From: Verrucomicrobiota bacterium
GTDB taxonomy: Bacteria > Verrucomicrobiota > Verrucomicrobiia > Opitutales > Seribacteraceae
Direction of reading: 5' to 3'
Assembly: GCA_027622665.1 (NCBI GenBank)
Contig: JAQBYT010000013.1
Location: 1-64,000, forward strand
DNA length: 64,000 nucleotides
Shown piece after piece: positions 9,376 through 19,196 of the stretch. Each line of letters opens with the position of its first letter. Within the stretch, counting starts at the first letter, position 1. The notes below the pieces were generated by a model. The model searched no databases, had not been told where the DNA came from, and saw only the letters and a program-made list of their open reading frames with translations. The position numbers and the translations under genes were made by a program.

Positions 9376-10320
9376 ATGGCTGGCGTTAGCAGGACAGAGA
9401 TTCTCGATCGAATCCCAATCAGCGAAAAGGAGATTTCGCAATATTTGGGACGTACGATCAAGTCACCTGTCCGACTTGCTCGTCTGCGGGACCTCGGTTT
9501 GGATGAGGATGGCTTTTTGGCCGAGCATGCTTCCATCTTCGAAGAACTATCTTGGGACAACTACGATGTTCGGAGGGAAAGGTTGGAGGTTCTGGAGGAG
9601 GCTTTTCCAGACGAGACTACTGTTTTGCGTGAGCTCTTTCCCCGTTACTACCTAGGTAAAGCGGATGAGTCCATCTATTCGGATTGGACGAATCGGTTGA
9701 ACGACGAGCTAAGGAATCGATTTGATCAAATCGAGCCTTGGCGGCGTCGTTCGGTGGCGACTTTCGTAGTAAACGAGGATTCTATCCTGCGTGAACCTCC
9801 CTCCGGTTTTTCTCAGGCAGTGGACGAATCGGACATTCGCTCACTCCCTCGCGTCTTTGACGAATCCCCGGCTGCCCATGTGGAAAACAAACACTTCCAG
9901 TCTTGGCTTCGAGCTATTTACGGTCTGGTTTGCGAGGTTAGACCGGAGGCAAACAAGTTGCGTGTCTCGGCTCACTTCATGAGCATTCGAGCTTCTCATG
10001 GTTCACCCGGAGAGAATTCTCCTGAAGGGGCACACGAGGACGGAGCAGACTACATTGTTTCGGCACTCGTGGTGAATCGTGTCAACGTGACAGGTGGAGA
10101 AAGTCAAATAATCGAGAAAATTCTTCCTGATGGGAACAAGGAGTTGATTTATCATCATGTTCTACAACCCGGCGAATTTGCTTTCCAATCCGATACTCGC
10201 GACGAATTCATTCACGGCACCGACCTTTGGCATCATGTCACGCCGATAAGACCTGCCGACCCTGCCTCGGGCGAAGGATGGCGAGAATTGATTGGGTTCG
10301 ACATTAACGTTATTGAGTGA
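9376..10320 (+). CDS. 2OG-Fe(II) dioxygenase (BsmA / 2OG-Fe_Oxy_2-like)
   Basis: SPEGAHEDGADY (HxD), NVTGGES, LWHHVTPI (distal His), WRELIGFD. Confidence 0.8.
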   Translation: MAGVSRTEILDRIPISEKEISQYLGRTIKSPVRLARLRDLGLDEDGFLAEHASIFEELSWDNYDVRRERLEVLEEAFPDETTVLRELFPRYYLGKADESIYSDWTNRLNDELRNRFDQIEPWRRRSVATFVVNEDSILREPPSGFSQAVDESDIRSLPRVFDESPAAHVENKHFQSWLRAIYGLVCEVRPEANKLRVSAHFMSIRASHGSPGENSPEGAHEDGADYIVSALVVNRVNVTGGESQIIEKILPDGNKELIYHHVLQPGEFAFQSDTRDEFIHGTDLWHHVTPIRPADPASGEGWRELIGFDINVIE

Positions 10321-10444
10321 CGGTTAAGTTTACCCTTCAACGCCACTTTAGCTATTGATGCCGAAAGTGTAATAAGTGGATTCGTGCTTGAATCATCGGA
10401 TCACAACCTCTGAATTTATTACGCCATACCAAAATAGAGAAACC

Positions 10445-10750
10445 ATGATTAGTGTAATCGCATCCATTCAAATAAAGGAAAACTGCTTGGATTCCTTCCT
10501 TGAAATATTCAAATCAAACATTCCCAATGTCATGAATGAAGAGGGGTGCGTCGAATACGCTCCAACTGTCGATCTCGATACAGGTCTTGAACCTCAAGCG
10601 CTAGACCCGAACGTCGTTACGATAATTGAAAAGTGGGAAACCCTTGAATGTCTTCAATCTCATCTGACTGCTCCGCACATGCTCGAATACAAAGCTAAGG
10701 TTGCGGATCTGGTGGAGCATGTTTCCTTGAAGGTTTTACAATTCGTATAG
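10445..10750 (+). CDS. ABM-family putative quinol monooxygenase
   Basis: MISVIASI...EEGCVEY...IIEKWE...HLTAPHM; start moved to ATG 10445. Confidence 0.88.
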   Translation: MISVIASIQIKENCLDSFLEIFKSNIPNVMNEEGCVEYAPTVDLDTGLEPQALDPNVVTIIEKWETLECLQSHLTAPHMLEYKAKVADLVEHVSLKVLQFV

Positions 10751-10831
10751 CCAACCGTTCGCACGGAATGGTGCGACTCTAAGCATCTTCGTAATCCTGT
10801 GGAAATTGGCTTTTGGTAGGAAGTCCAGTCC

Positions 10832-11884
10832 CTATTTGTTCTTGGTCCGGTAAGTGACTTTTTGGTCGTTGCGGGGATTGTATATGGTGTAAGACTTTCC
10901 GTTTTCTGCGACCGAGAGCTTAATGTAGTGGCCTTTACATGTATCCCCGGGAGTCAGGTTGGCGATGAATTTGTCAGAGGTGTTGTTTTCGGAGTCCTTT
11001 CGGAGATTCTTGTGCACTTGCCACATCGCTTGTATTGACTTTGCTCCCTTGAGGGCGGCGAAACTGCCTGCGTTGCATCCCTTCTTGTGACCGTTGTTCA
11101 TGACTGAAACGGTAGGGGCAAGGCTCTTTATCATGACCGGGTTGTTGCTCGAGTCGAGACCGTGGTGGTTCACTTGGTAGACGTCTATTGTCCCGATTAC
11201 ATTGAAGGGAGTTACCAGTTTGGCTTCGACGTTCCAAGTGAGGTCTCCGCTATCGAGAAACCTAAATGCCCCTAATTCGAAGAGGGTGGCCACGCTGTTG
11301 GCGTTGTCGGAAAGGTCCTCCGGTTTTGCAGGCACACTGCCGGTTAGGGGGTTTTTGGCTAAACGAACGTTTGCTGGTGGCTGAATGATCTTTTGGTTGG
11401 CTACTACGCAAGTCACCTTTAGCTTGGCCGATCCCTTGGCTTGCTTTAGCGGGAATACATAGCCTGGTTTGACGACGTTTCGGCTGTCTACCTTCATGTC
11501 GCGGTATGGTTTGACGAGCTGGGGGAAAATCGGATTTTTACGATGCCGGTCGGGATTCTTCTTTGGGATGCCGTTATCGTTGACCACACCGATGGGCATG
11601 AGGTTAGCCAGCATGGCGGCTCCTCCATAGTGGTCGCCGTGGAAGTGAGTGGTTATGAGATGGTCGATCTTCTTTATGCCCGCCACCTTTGTCGCTACTT
11701 GGTGTATGCGCCCGGCATCGCGGGTGCCGGGATTGCCCGTGTCGACGAGGAGGGATTCGCCGGCAGGTGTGATGACAAGCGTCGCAGCTCCGCCCTCGAC
11801 GTCTATCCAGTACACATCGAGTGTGCCCTTCGCGTTGATGGAGAGAACTAGGGCTAGAAAGTAAATTACAAGAAATGTTTTCAT
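10832..11884 (-). CDS. Exported MBL-fold metallo-hydrolase (ComEC/Rec2 C-terminal-like)
   Basis: DVEGGAATL, LVDTG, THFHGDHYGG, SGDL, HHG; signal peptide MKTFLVIYFLALVLSINA from ATG 11884. Confidence 0.85.
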   Translation of the reverse strand: MKTFLVIYFLALVLSINAKGTLDVYWIDVEGGAATLVITPAGESLLVDTGNPGTRDAGRIHQVATKVAGIKKIDHLITTHFHGDHYGGAAMLANLMPIGVVNDNGIPKKNPDRHRKNPIFPQLVKPYRDMKVDSRNVVKPGYVFPLKQAKGSAKLKVTCVVANQKIIQPPANVRLAKNPLTGSVPAKPEDLSDNANSVATLFELGAFRFLDSGDLTWNVEAKLVTPFNVIGTIDVYQVNHHGLDSSNNPVMIKSLAPTVSVMNNGHKKGCNAGSFAALKGAKSIQAMWQVHKNLRKDSENNTSDKFIANLTPGDTCKGHYIKLSVAENGKSYTIYNPRNDQKVTYRTKNK

Positions 11885-12058
11885 GGGTTCGATTCGTGGT
11901 GGGGAAGGACTGAATGTTAGAATCAACTTATTTTTGCCCAATAGAGCAAACCTCATGTTTTATGGCAACTTAGACAATTGGGAATAACTTCTCTTTGACT
12001 CATGGCCTCTCTCTTGGTTTTTGGATTTTGTTTTTCCAAGTATTTGGTTTTCAGTGTG

Positions 12059-13513
12059 ATGGATGATGATATTAAATTTCTATTTGAAGAGTCGCCTGCG
12101 GTCCGGCTCATGCGTAGTCGCCTTGGTTCTTTTGTTGCAGGCTTTCTTTTCAAGACATTCAAGACTTGGAACGTCTCGGAAGCATCCGAAGAGGAACTCG
12201 GCGCCACCCTTGCCGATCACTTGGATCAGTTGCGAGAGCAAGAAGGCTTGGATGCCCCGAAGCGACTGCCCTCGGATTATTTGGACGAATGGTGCGACGA
12301 GGAACACCGCTACTTGACCAAGTCCTATTCCGAGGAACGTGAAGAATATGTTTTTCGACTAACTCGTCATTCACAAAAGGCCCTGAACTGGCTGCACGAC
12401 TTATTGGCCCTCCAACGTCGAGGATACGCCACCACCGAGTCTCGTTTCAATCGCATCCTTTTCGGGATGCGTGAATTGTCGCAAGGAGTGAACTCTGATC
12501 CCGAAGATCGTATTGAAGAGTTGCTGGCAAAGAGAAATGAACTCGATGAAGAGATCAAGCACATTAGAGAAACAGGTGAAGCCCCTATCTTTGGCGAAGA
12601 TATGGTGAGAGACAATGTTCACGACCTTTCTGATCTAATTGAAAACTTCTTGTCCGACTTTCGCGCAATTGAAGAGTTTTTCAAGGAGCACGCTCGTGAG
12701 ATTGCCAGACTATACGCAGCCGGTGATGCTTCCAAGGGAGACATTGTTGAAAAAACCTTGGACGCCGATGATGAATTGCGCGCGTGTGATCAAGGTAAGA
12801 GTTACTTCGGTTTTCGTTCCATGATGACCGATCCCGGAGTGGCTAGAGATCTGCGAAAACTCATAGACGAAATTACGGGTATTGCCCGCAAGAGAGGATT
12901 TGACTCAAATAAGACTTTTCGTAGCTTTGCTGATCGACTCTTTGGTGAAGCGGCAGCGGCTCAAGGGGCTTATGGTCGAATCAGTCGCAAACTCCGCCAA
13001 GTGGTGGGTGATCACGTTGGTGTCGGAGGACAGCAACTTCGGGAAACCTTGAGCCTTATTCGCAAGAGGGCTTTTCGCCTCCGCGACAATCCGCCTGATG
13101 AATGGGAGTTTGAAATAGAGACCCGTTCCTCCTTGTATAATTTTTTAGAAGCAGAGTTTTGGGAACCAAAGGCAGTTGAACCTTTTGGAAAGGTGAAAAC
13201 GGCAACTGCCGGTGATTCGGAATGGATGAACGAACTGCTCCATTCCGTTGGTGAACCCTTGGAACTCGCCAAATTTCGCGCTCGAGTGAACGAGGTGCTT
13301 GAAGAGAAGGAACAAGTCAGTCTTACCGAGATGGTGGATCGTCATCCTTTGGAAAACGGGATCGTGGATATCGTGTGTTACCGGGTGGTTGCATCTGAAG
13401 ATAGTCGGCATCTTTTAGTTCCTGATCAAATCGTGAAGATCGACCTCAACCGTTCTCTCCAGCCACGCTATACGGAAGTCCAACAACTACTTTTTCAACG
13501 AAAACTATCATGA
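12059..13513 (+). CDS. jetA: Wadjet JetA / MksF-like kleisin (DUF3375)
   Basis: N-terminal SPAVRLMRS, YLDEWC...LTK, TESRF, DQGKSYFGF; ~484 aa; first gene of a three-gene operon ending in an SMC ATPase; start 12056 or 12059. Confidence 0.85.
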   Translation: MDDDIKFLFEESPAVRLMRSRLGSFVAGFLFKTFKTWNVSEASEEELGATLADHLDQLREQEGLDAPKRLPSDYLDEWCDEEHRYLTKSYSEEREEYVFRLTRHSQKALNWLHDLLALQRRGYATTESRFNRILFGMRELSQGVNSDPEDRIEELLAKRNELDEEIKHIRETGEAPIFGEDMVRDNVHDLSDLIENFLSDFRAIEEFFKEHAREIARLYAAGDASKGDIVEKTLDADDELRACDQGKSYFGFRSMMTDPGVARDLRKLIDEITGIARKRGFDSNKTFRSFADRLFGEAAAAQGAYGRISRKLRQVVGDHVGVGGQQLRETLSLIRKRAFRLRDNPPDEWEFEIETRSSLYNFLEAEFWEPKAVEPFGKVKTATAGDSEWMNELLHSVGEPLELAKFRARVNEVLEEKEQVSLTEMVDRHPLENGIVDIVCYRVVASEDSRHLLVPDQIVKIDLNRSLQPRYTEVQQLLFQRKLS

Positions 13514-14139
13514 ATGCATCAATATCTCATCGGCACGTTATAGTCCGACTGCTACAGGGGCCCGTTTACCAAGAAGACTTCGACCTTTGGGGTAAACTCG
13601 GAGCCGAATGGGAACGTATACGCGATCATTTTTTGCAAATGGGTCTTGAGGTCGCTCGCGACGATGCCGCGGGTTACGCCTTTGTCCGTCACCGCGAGGA
13701 CATGGACGAGGAAAACTCAGACGACGCTTGGGACGATTCGATAGAAGCCCCTCTGCCCCGACTTTTGCGTCGTACGCGTCTCACTTACCACCAGACTATT
13801 CTGCTTGTTCTCTTGCGGGAGGAGCTTATGCGGTTTGAGCAACATCAGGAAGAAGGTTCCCACCTTTATCGTTCTGATTCAGAACTAAGGGATCTCATGT
13901 CTGCCTACTACCCGGAGTTGCACGACGAGAAAAAGGTACATCGTCAAATTTCAGGTCTCGTATCGAAGTTTGAGGAGTGGGGAGTCCTTCGCCGAGTACG
14001 TGATAAGGATGGCGGACTTTACCGGGTTGAGCGAATCATTAAGGCGAAACTGCCACCCGAAAAACTCGCGGAGGTGCGTGAAAAGCTAAACCGCCGCTCA
14101 CCTGAGCTTGAAGGCGAAATGGAGGAAGATGATGCTTGA
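13510..14139 (+). CDS. jetB: Wadjet JetB / MksE-like KITE subunit (DUF4194)
   Basis: VRLLQGPV, DDAAGYAFVR, PRLLRRTRLTY...LLVLLREEL; ATGA overlap with jetA. Confidence 0.87.
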   Translation: MNASISHRHVIVRLLQGPVYQEDFDLWGKLGAEWERIRDHFLQMGLEVARDDAAGYAFVRHREDMDEENSDDAWDDSIEAPLPRLLRRTRLTYHQTILLVLLREELMRFEQHQEEGSHLYRSDSELRDLMSAYYPELHDEKKVHRQISGLVSKFEEWGVLRRVRDKDGGLYRVERIIKAKLPPEKLAEVREKLNRRSPELEGEMEEDDA

Positions 14140-17100
14140 GTCGCAACTTGAACTTGAATTCTCGCCAGATAAAAGTACTGCAGGCTACCGTTTGCACGCA
14201 CTTTCCCTGCTGAACTGGGGTACCTTCAATCAGACCGTTCATACCATGAGGTCGGATGGTCGCACTTCCATGATCACCGGTCGCAATGGGTCCGGCAAGT
14301 CGACTATTGTCGATGCCCTTCTTACGCTGCTTGTTCCCAACCGTGTGCGCAATTACAATGTAGCTTCCAGTCAGGTTGGTAGTCGTGAGCGTAATGAGCG
14401 TGATTACATTCTAGGATCTTATTCCGAAATTCACGATTCCGAGACTGGGCAAGGCCGTAAGGAAACTCTGCGGAAACCGGGAGAGAGCTATTCCGTTCTA
14501 CTCGCATGGTTTTATAACGAGGCGTACAAAAGTGACGTAACTCTTGCTCAGGTTCTTTGGTGTACTCCGGCCGGCAAAATCGAGAAAATTCATATTGTGG
14601 AGAAACGCCATCTCACGATTGAGAATGATTTCAACGATTTGGGAGATGCTGACAAAATCAGAAAGATCATCAAGGAGCGCAATCTCACTACCTTCGACTC
14701 TTTTACCGCCTACAATAAAAAATTGGAGTCTATGCTTTTCATGGATATGGACTTGGGGACGCGTTCTCCCATGTCTGTTTTCAATCAGGCGGTCTGCATT
14801 AAGGATGTACGTGATCTGACGCAGTTCATTCGCGAGCATATGCTCGACGACGGTGGAGCACGGGAAAAGTTGGTGGCTCTGCAAGCTAGATTCGATGACC
14901 TGCGGGGTACGCATCGTCGTATAGAGACTGCAGCCAGTCAGTTGGATGAATTGGATCAAATCAAGGGTACGCACGAGAAGTTTATCGAATCTTTGACCCA
15001 GCGTGATCGAGCGGAATTATTGCGTTCCACGATTGAGCCTTTTTATGCCAATGCTGAACTGGAGAGTCGAATCGAACGTATAGAAGAACTGAAGCATCGT
15101 GAGGAAGCAGAGCGAGCTAGGTTGAAGAGTTCGCGTGAAGAGGTCGATCATCTGAGAGAAAAAGTGCATCACCTCGAACGCGTTTTGTCGGATAGCGACG
15201 AGAATCGCCGACTAGAGCAAGTAGGTGCGGAATTAGACCGCCTTCGCGACAAGCGTGAAATGGTATCCAAGAGAGCTGCCACTTTTGAGAGGTTGCTAGG
15301 CTCGTGGGTGCGTGGGCTCGTCGTTAAAGAAGAGGAGGCTTTTCTGGATTTGCGTCACGAACTTCAGGAGAAACTTCCACGTCATGAAGCTAGGGTTTCC
15401 GAATTGGACGAAGTGCTCCCCGACCTTGGCTATAGTCTGCGAAACACCAACGAAATCATCTCCAAACTAGAGGCCCAGAGAAGTCACTTGCTCGAGGGTA
15501 ACTCCAACGTTCCCGTTGAGCTCTCTCGCCTTCGAGACAGTTTAGCCGTTGCTTTGGATCGAGATGTTGGCGAGCTCCCATTTATTGCCGAACTCGTTCA
15601 ACTTGTGCCCGATGAGCAGAAATGGACTGGTGTCATAGAGCGACTGTTGCGTCCTTTTGCCCTTTCTGTTTTAGTCCCGTCCAAACTTGCTCAGAAAGCC
15701 GAAGCTTTTCTTCACGAAAATGAATTAGGCAATCGGCTCGCCTTTGTTTGCCCCAAGTCCGATTCGAAGCAACCTAAGTTGCACGACGATTCGGTTGTTG
15801 CGAAATTAACGCTGCGAACCGAATTGGATGAAAGTCGTCAAAACTGGTTGCGAGCCGAATTGGCTGACCGTTTCCCTCACCTTTGCAGAAATGAGCCCGA
15901 TAAGGAATTTAATAAAATGCCTCACGCTCTTTGCCTTTCGGGGTTAGTGAAAACCGATGGGGTGCTGCGCGAAAAGGACGATAGGTATCCCGTAGAAGAT
16001 GCTTCCCGCCACATTTTGGGATGGGACGTGGACCCTAAGCAAAGGTCCCTGGACGAGCGGCTTGCCTTTCTTCGTGAAAGGGCAGATGAGGCAGCCCGAG
16101 CCGTCCGTGAAGCTGATTCCGAGCGTACTGATTTGCGATTGAAGTTGAAGGCAGGCGCCCAACTGGTTTCCAGTGCGGGAGAGTTTTCCGATGTCGACCG
16201 TCTCGGGATAGCCACTCGTATGGCTGATCTTGAAGATGAGGAACGTGTGATAGTTGGTGGTTCCGATGTCCTTCGGAAGCTCAAGGAGGACTTGGATTCG
16301 ACATCCCGAAAATTATCTGATTCACAAGAATTGAGAGACGAGATTTTGAGGCGAATTGGTGGGGTAGAGGCACGAGCGGAAAGGAACGAAGATCGTATAA
16401 CGAATCTTCGATCGCTTCTTGATGATGCGAGGAAAGAGCTTCAAATCCCCGAAGCGGTCAAAGGCATCGAGGATGACGATGGTGAGACTCAGCGTGAAAA
16501 TGTTGTGGAAGCTCTTTTCCAGGAGATAGAGGATGCTTTTGGGGTTCCCCCCGAAGAGCCTGACGATATTGAATCGGCGGCAAGAAACGCACTTCATTCA
16601 ATGGAGGATGAAATTCGGAAATTGGAATCTTCCCTCGACAAATTTCGAGATCAGAACGTGGCCGCGATGCAACGATTTGTAGCCGCCCCTCAGAATCAGG
16701 CTTTTCGCGATGAATTACCTCTCGATCTTGAGGAGGGTTACAATGAAAAGACCTTTGATCCATTTGAGGAAGTTAGAAAGCAGATTGAGCTCGAGGATCT
16801 CGCGAAAAATAAAGAACGCTTTGAGCAATTACTCCGTGTTCAAGTCCCTGAGGAAGTTTCCAGTTTCAGTGAAGCTCTGGAATCTCACCGGGATCGGATT
16901 CGCAAACGCATTGATGAGCTTAACGAGCACCTGTCACGTGTCACATTCGATCGTAAGGAAGGCACTTATATTCAGTTGAAGGCAGAAGATTCCGGTGATG
17001 ATGGCGTCCGTCGCTTCAAGACCATGCGTCGACACGCTCTCGAGGGAGATCTGGAGGCGGAAGAGGAAAGAGATCGCCGTCGCGAGCGTTATCATAGGGT

Positions 17101-17608
17101 AGAGCAATTTTTGGCAGAGCTAGAGAATGACGAATCTTGGACCTCCCGAGTCATCGACGTTCGTAATTGGTTTCGCTTCCGAGCTGATGAATTCTATAAG
17201 GAAGGGGACTTGAGACAAAGTTACTCGGGAGCTTCGGGGAAGTCGGGAGGGGAGAAGAATCGCCTCGCTTCCACCATCCTTGCGACAGCCATAGCTTACC
17301 AGTATGGCATCGACGTGGGTGGACGTAGAACCGAAACCTTCCGACTCGTTGCCGTGGATGAAATGTTTAGCAAGACCGACGACGAGTTCTCTGAATTCCT
17401 GTTGGATTTGTTTAAGGAGTTTCACCTTCAACTGCTTATCGTCCAACCCCTCGACGCCAAAATTCACGTGGTTCAGAAGTATGTCGAGCGCTACCATGTG
17501 GTGGAACGCCGGGATGGCGTTTCCTTTGTCGGCGACTTGAGTGTGAAGGAGTATCTAAACGAACAAACCGAGACCGACGAAGAAGCAGTGTCTGCCGAAA
17601 CTGAATGA
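14129..17608 (+). CDS. jetC: Wadjet JetC / MksB-like SMC-family ATPase
   Basis: LLNWGTF, Walker A GRNGSGKST, long coiled coils around a hinge, signature SGKSGGEK, Walker B VAVDEMF; start overlaps the jetB end (14129 or 14132). Confidence 0.9.
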   Translation: MMLESQLELEFSPDKSTAGYRLHALSLLNWGTFNQTVHTMRSDGRTSMITGRNGSGKSTIVDALLTLLVPNRVRNYNVASSQVGSRERNERDYILGSYSEIHDSETGQGRKETLRKPGESYSVLLAWFYNEAYKSDVTLAQVLWCTPAGKIEKIHIVEKRHLTIENDFNDLGDADKIRKIIKERNLTTFDSFTAYNKKLESMLFMDMDLGTRSPMSVFNQAVCIKDVRDLTQFIREHMLDDGGAREKLVALQARFDDLRGTHRRIETAASQLDELDQIKGTHEKFIESLTQRDRAELLRSTIEPFYANAELESRIERIEELKHREEAERARLKSSREEVDHLREKVHHLERVLSDSDENRRLEQVGAELDRLRDKREMVSKRAATFERLLGSWVRGLVVKEEEAFLDLRHELQEKLPRHEARVSELDEVLPDLGYSLRNTNEIISKLEAQRSHLLEGNSNVPVELSRLRDSLAVALDRDVGELPFIAELVQLVPDEQKWTGVIERLLRPFALSVLVPSKLAQKAEAFLHENELGNRLAFVCPKSDSKQPKLHDDSVVAKLTLRTELDESRQNWLRAELADRFPHLCRNEPDKEFNKMPHALCLSGLVKTDGVLREKDDRYPVEDASRHILGWDVDPKQRSLDERLAFLRERADEAARAVREADSERTDLRLKLKAGAQLVSSAGEFSDVDRLGIATRMADLEDEERVIVGGSDVLRKLKEDLDSTSRKLSDSQELRDEILRRIGGVEARAERNEDRITNLRSLLDDARKELQIPEAVKGIEDDDGETQRENVVEALFQEIEDAFGVPPEEPDDIESAARNALHSMEDEIRKLESSLDKFRDQNVAAMQRFVAAPQNQAFRDELPLDLEEGYNEKTFDPFEEVRKQIELEDLAKNKERFEQLLRVQVPEEVSSFSEALESHRDRIRKRIDELNEHLSRVTFDRKEGTYIQLKAEDSGDDGVRRFKTMRRHALEGDLEAEEERDRRRERYHRVEQFLAELENDESWTSRVIDVRNWFRFRADEFYKEGDLRQSYSGASGKSGGEKNRLASTILATAIAYQYGIDVGGRRTETFRLVAVDEMFSKTDDEFSEFLLDLFKEFHLQLLIVQPLDAKIHVVQKYVERYHVVERRDGVSFVGDLSVKEYLNEQTETDEEAVSAETE

Positions 17609-17802
17609 CCTAAGTCCTTAAAGGTTTTTTTTCAAGTACAACACTTTCAGTCAATTCTTTAGCTAATTCAATTGCTCTTTGGTATGGGAGAATAGTGGCT
17701 CTCCAATCACTTTCGTCCACCCTTCCATTGAAGTTCCCTGAACTCTTATGGTATTTCCATGTTCCCGAACCATGGAATGGGCAACCACATGTGGAAGTGG
17801 AT

Positions 17803-19191
17803 TCAGACTAGGATCTCACGGACGACCTTGCCTTTGACATCGGTTAAGCGAAAGTCGCGACCGCGGTAGCGATAGGTGAGCTTTTCGTGTTCCATTCCAG
17901 CAAGGGATAACATGGTGGCGTGAAGGTCGTGAACAGACATCTTATTGACGGCCGGGTTGTATCCGAACTCGTCGGTTTCGCCGTATGTGACGCCCCCTTT
18001 GACACCTCCTCCGGCCATCCAGATCGAGAAGGCTTTCATGTGGTGGTCGCGACCCGATCCTTGAGCCATTGGCGTACGGCCAAATTCACCTGCCCAAACC
18101 ACTAATGTTTCATCGAGCATACCCCTTTGCTTGAGGTCTTGAATGAGTGCCGATGAACCTTGATCCACGAGCTTTGTCGTAGCCTGCATTCCTTTTTCTA
18201 TGTTGCTGTGGTGGTCCCAACCGCGGTGGTAAAGTTGGATGAAACGAACTCCTCGTTCGGCGAGTCGACGGGCGAGTAAGCAATTTCCCGCGAAGGAACC
18301 ATCCGCTCCCTTGGTGCCGTATAGATCGAGTATTTGTTTCGGTTCCTTTGACAAGTCAACCAACTCGGGTACACTTGCCTGCATCCGGAACGCAAGCTCG
18401 TATTGGCTGATTCGCGTAGCTATTTCGGGGTCTTCCAGTCGGCTTGCCCGAATTTTGTTAAGAGCTTGCGTTGCATCGATTACGTCGCGTTGGCTCTTCT
18501 CGGATACGCCTTCGGGATTGCGAACATACAGAACGGGATCACCCGTGGAATGAAATTGAGAGCCTTGCAGTCGTCCGGGTAGAAAGCCGTTATGCCATTG
18601 GCGCGAAGCGATGGGTTGATTCTGTCCACCTCCGGTTGAAGTAAGTACGAGGAAACCAGGCAAGTCTTGGGACTCCGAGCCAAGACCGTACAGAAACCAT
18701 GAACCCATGGCCGGTCGACCGCTTATGGCCGTCCCCGTGTTCATGAAGGTATGAGCGGGGTCGTGATTGATTGCCTCAGTGTGCATCGATCTGATGATGC
18801 AAATGTCGTCCGCTACCTTCGGAATATGTTTAAAGACATCGCTGATTTGTTGACCTGATTCGCCGTGTCGGCTGAATTTGAAGTAGGGTCCTCGGCAGGT
18901 CAGTTTCTTCCCTTGTAATTGCGCGATGGGTTGACCCTTGGTGAAGCTGTCCGGCATGGCCTGGCCATTCATCTTTTCCAGCATGGGTTTATAGTCGAAG
19001 CTTTCCAAGTGTGAGGGGCCGCCGGCCATGTAGAGAAATATGACTCGCTTGGCTTTGGGAGCTAGACTCATCAAGGCTTGCGTTGGAGATTGTTCCGCTT
19101 GGAGCAGAGAATTTAAGGCGACTCCTCCCAGACCGGCTGCTGTTTGGCCGAGGAAGGATCGTCGACAAATGTTACTGTCAAGCGTTTGCAT
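17803..19191 (-). CDS. DUF1501 domain protein (Tat-exported, sulfatase-like fold)
   Basis: RRSFL Tat motif, KAKRVIFLYMAGGPSHLESFDYKP, GWDHH, GEFGRTP, VHDLHAT; ATG at 19191. Confidence 0.93.
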   Translation of the reverse strand: MQTLDSNICRRSFLGQTAAGLGGVALNSLLQAEQSPTQALMSLAPKAKRVIFLYMAGGPSHLESFDYKPMLEKMNGQAMPDSFTKGQPIAQLQGKKLTCRGPYFKFSRHGESGQQISDVFKHIPKVADDICIIRSMHTEAINHDPAHTFMNTGTAISGRPAMGSWFLYGLGSESQDLPGFLVLTSTGGGQNQPIASRQWHNGFLPGRLQGSQFHSTGDPVLYVRNPEGVSEKSQRDVIDATQALNKIRASRLEDPEIATRISQYELAFRMQASVPELVDLSKEPKQILDLYGTKGADGSFAGNCLLARRLAERGVRFIQLYHRGWDHHSNIEKGMQATTKLVDQGSSALIQDLKQRGMLDETLVVWAGEFGRTPMAQGSGRDHHMKAFSIWMAGGGVKGGVTYGETDEFGYNPAVNKMSVHDLHATMLSLAGMEHEKLTYRYRGRDFRLTDVKGKVVREILV

Positions 19192-19196
19192 GAAGA

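Noticed and set aside
9376..10750. 2OG dioxygenase plus ABM monooxygenase as a biosynthetic gene cluster
   Set aside because: No scaffold-forming enzyme (NRPS, PKS, isonitrile synthase or RiPP precursor) nearby
10832..11884. MBL-fold hydrolase as a replacement nuclease for JetD
   Set aside because: It is divergently transcribed and has a signal peptide, so it is probably outside the cytoplasm
17605..17613. ATG overlapping the jetC stop as a jetD start
   Set aside because: It reads ATG ACC TAA, and any GAA-TGA ending produces ATGA by chance
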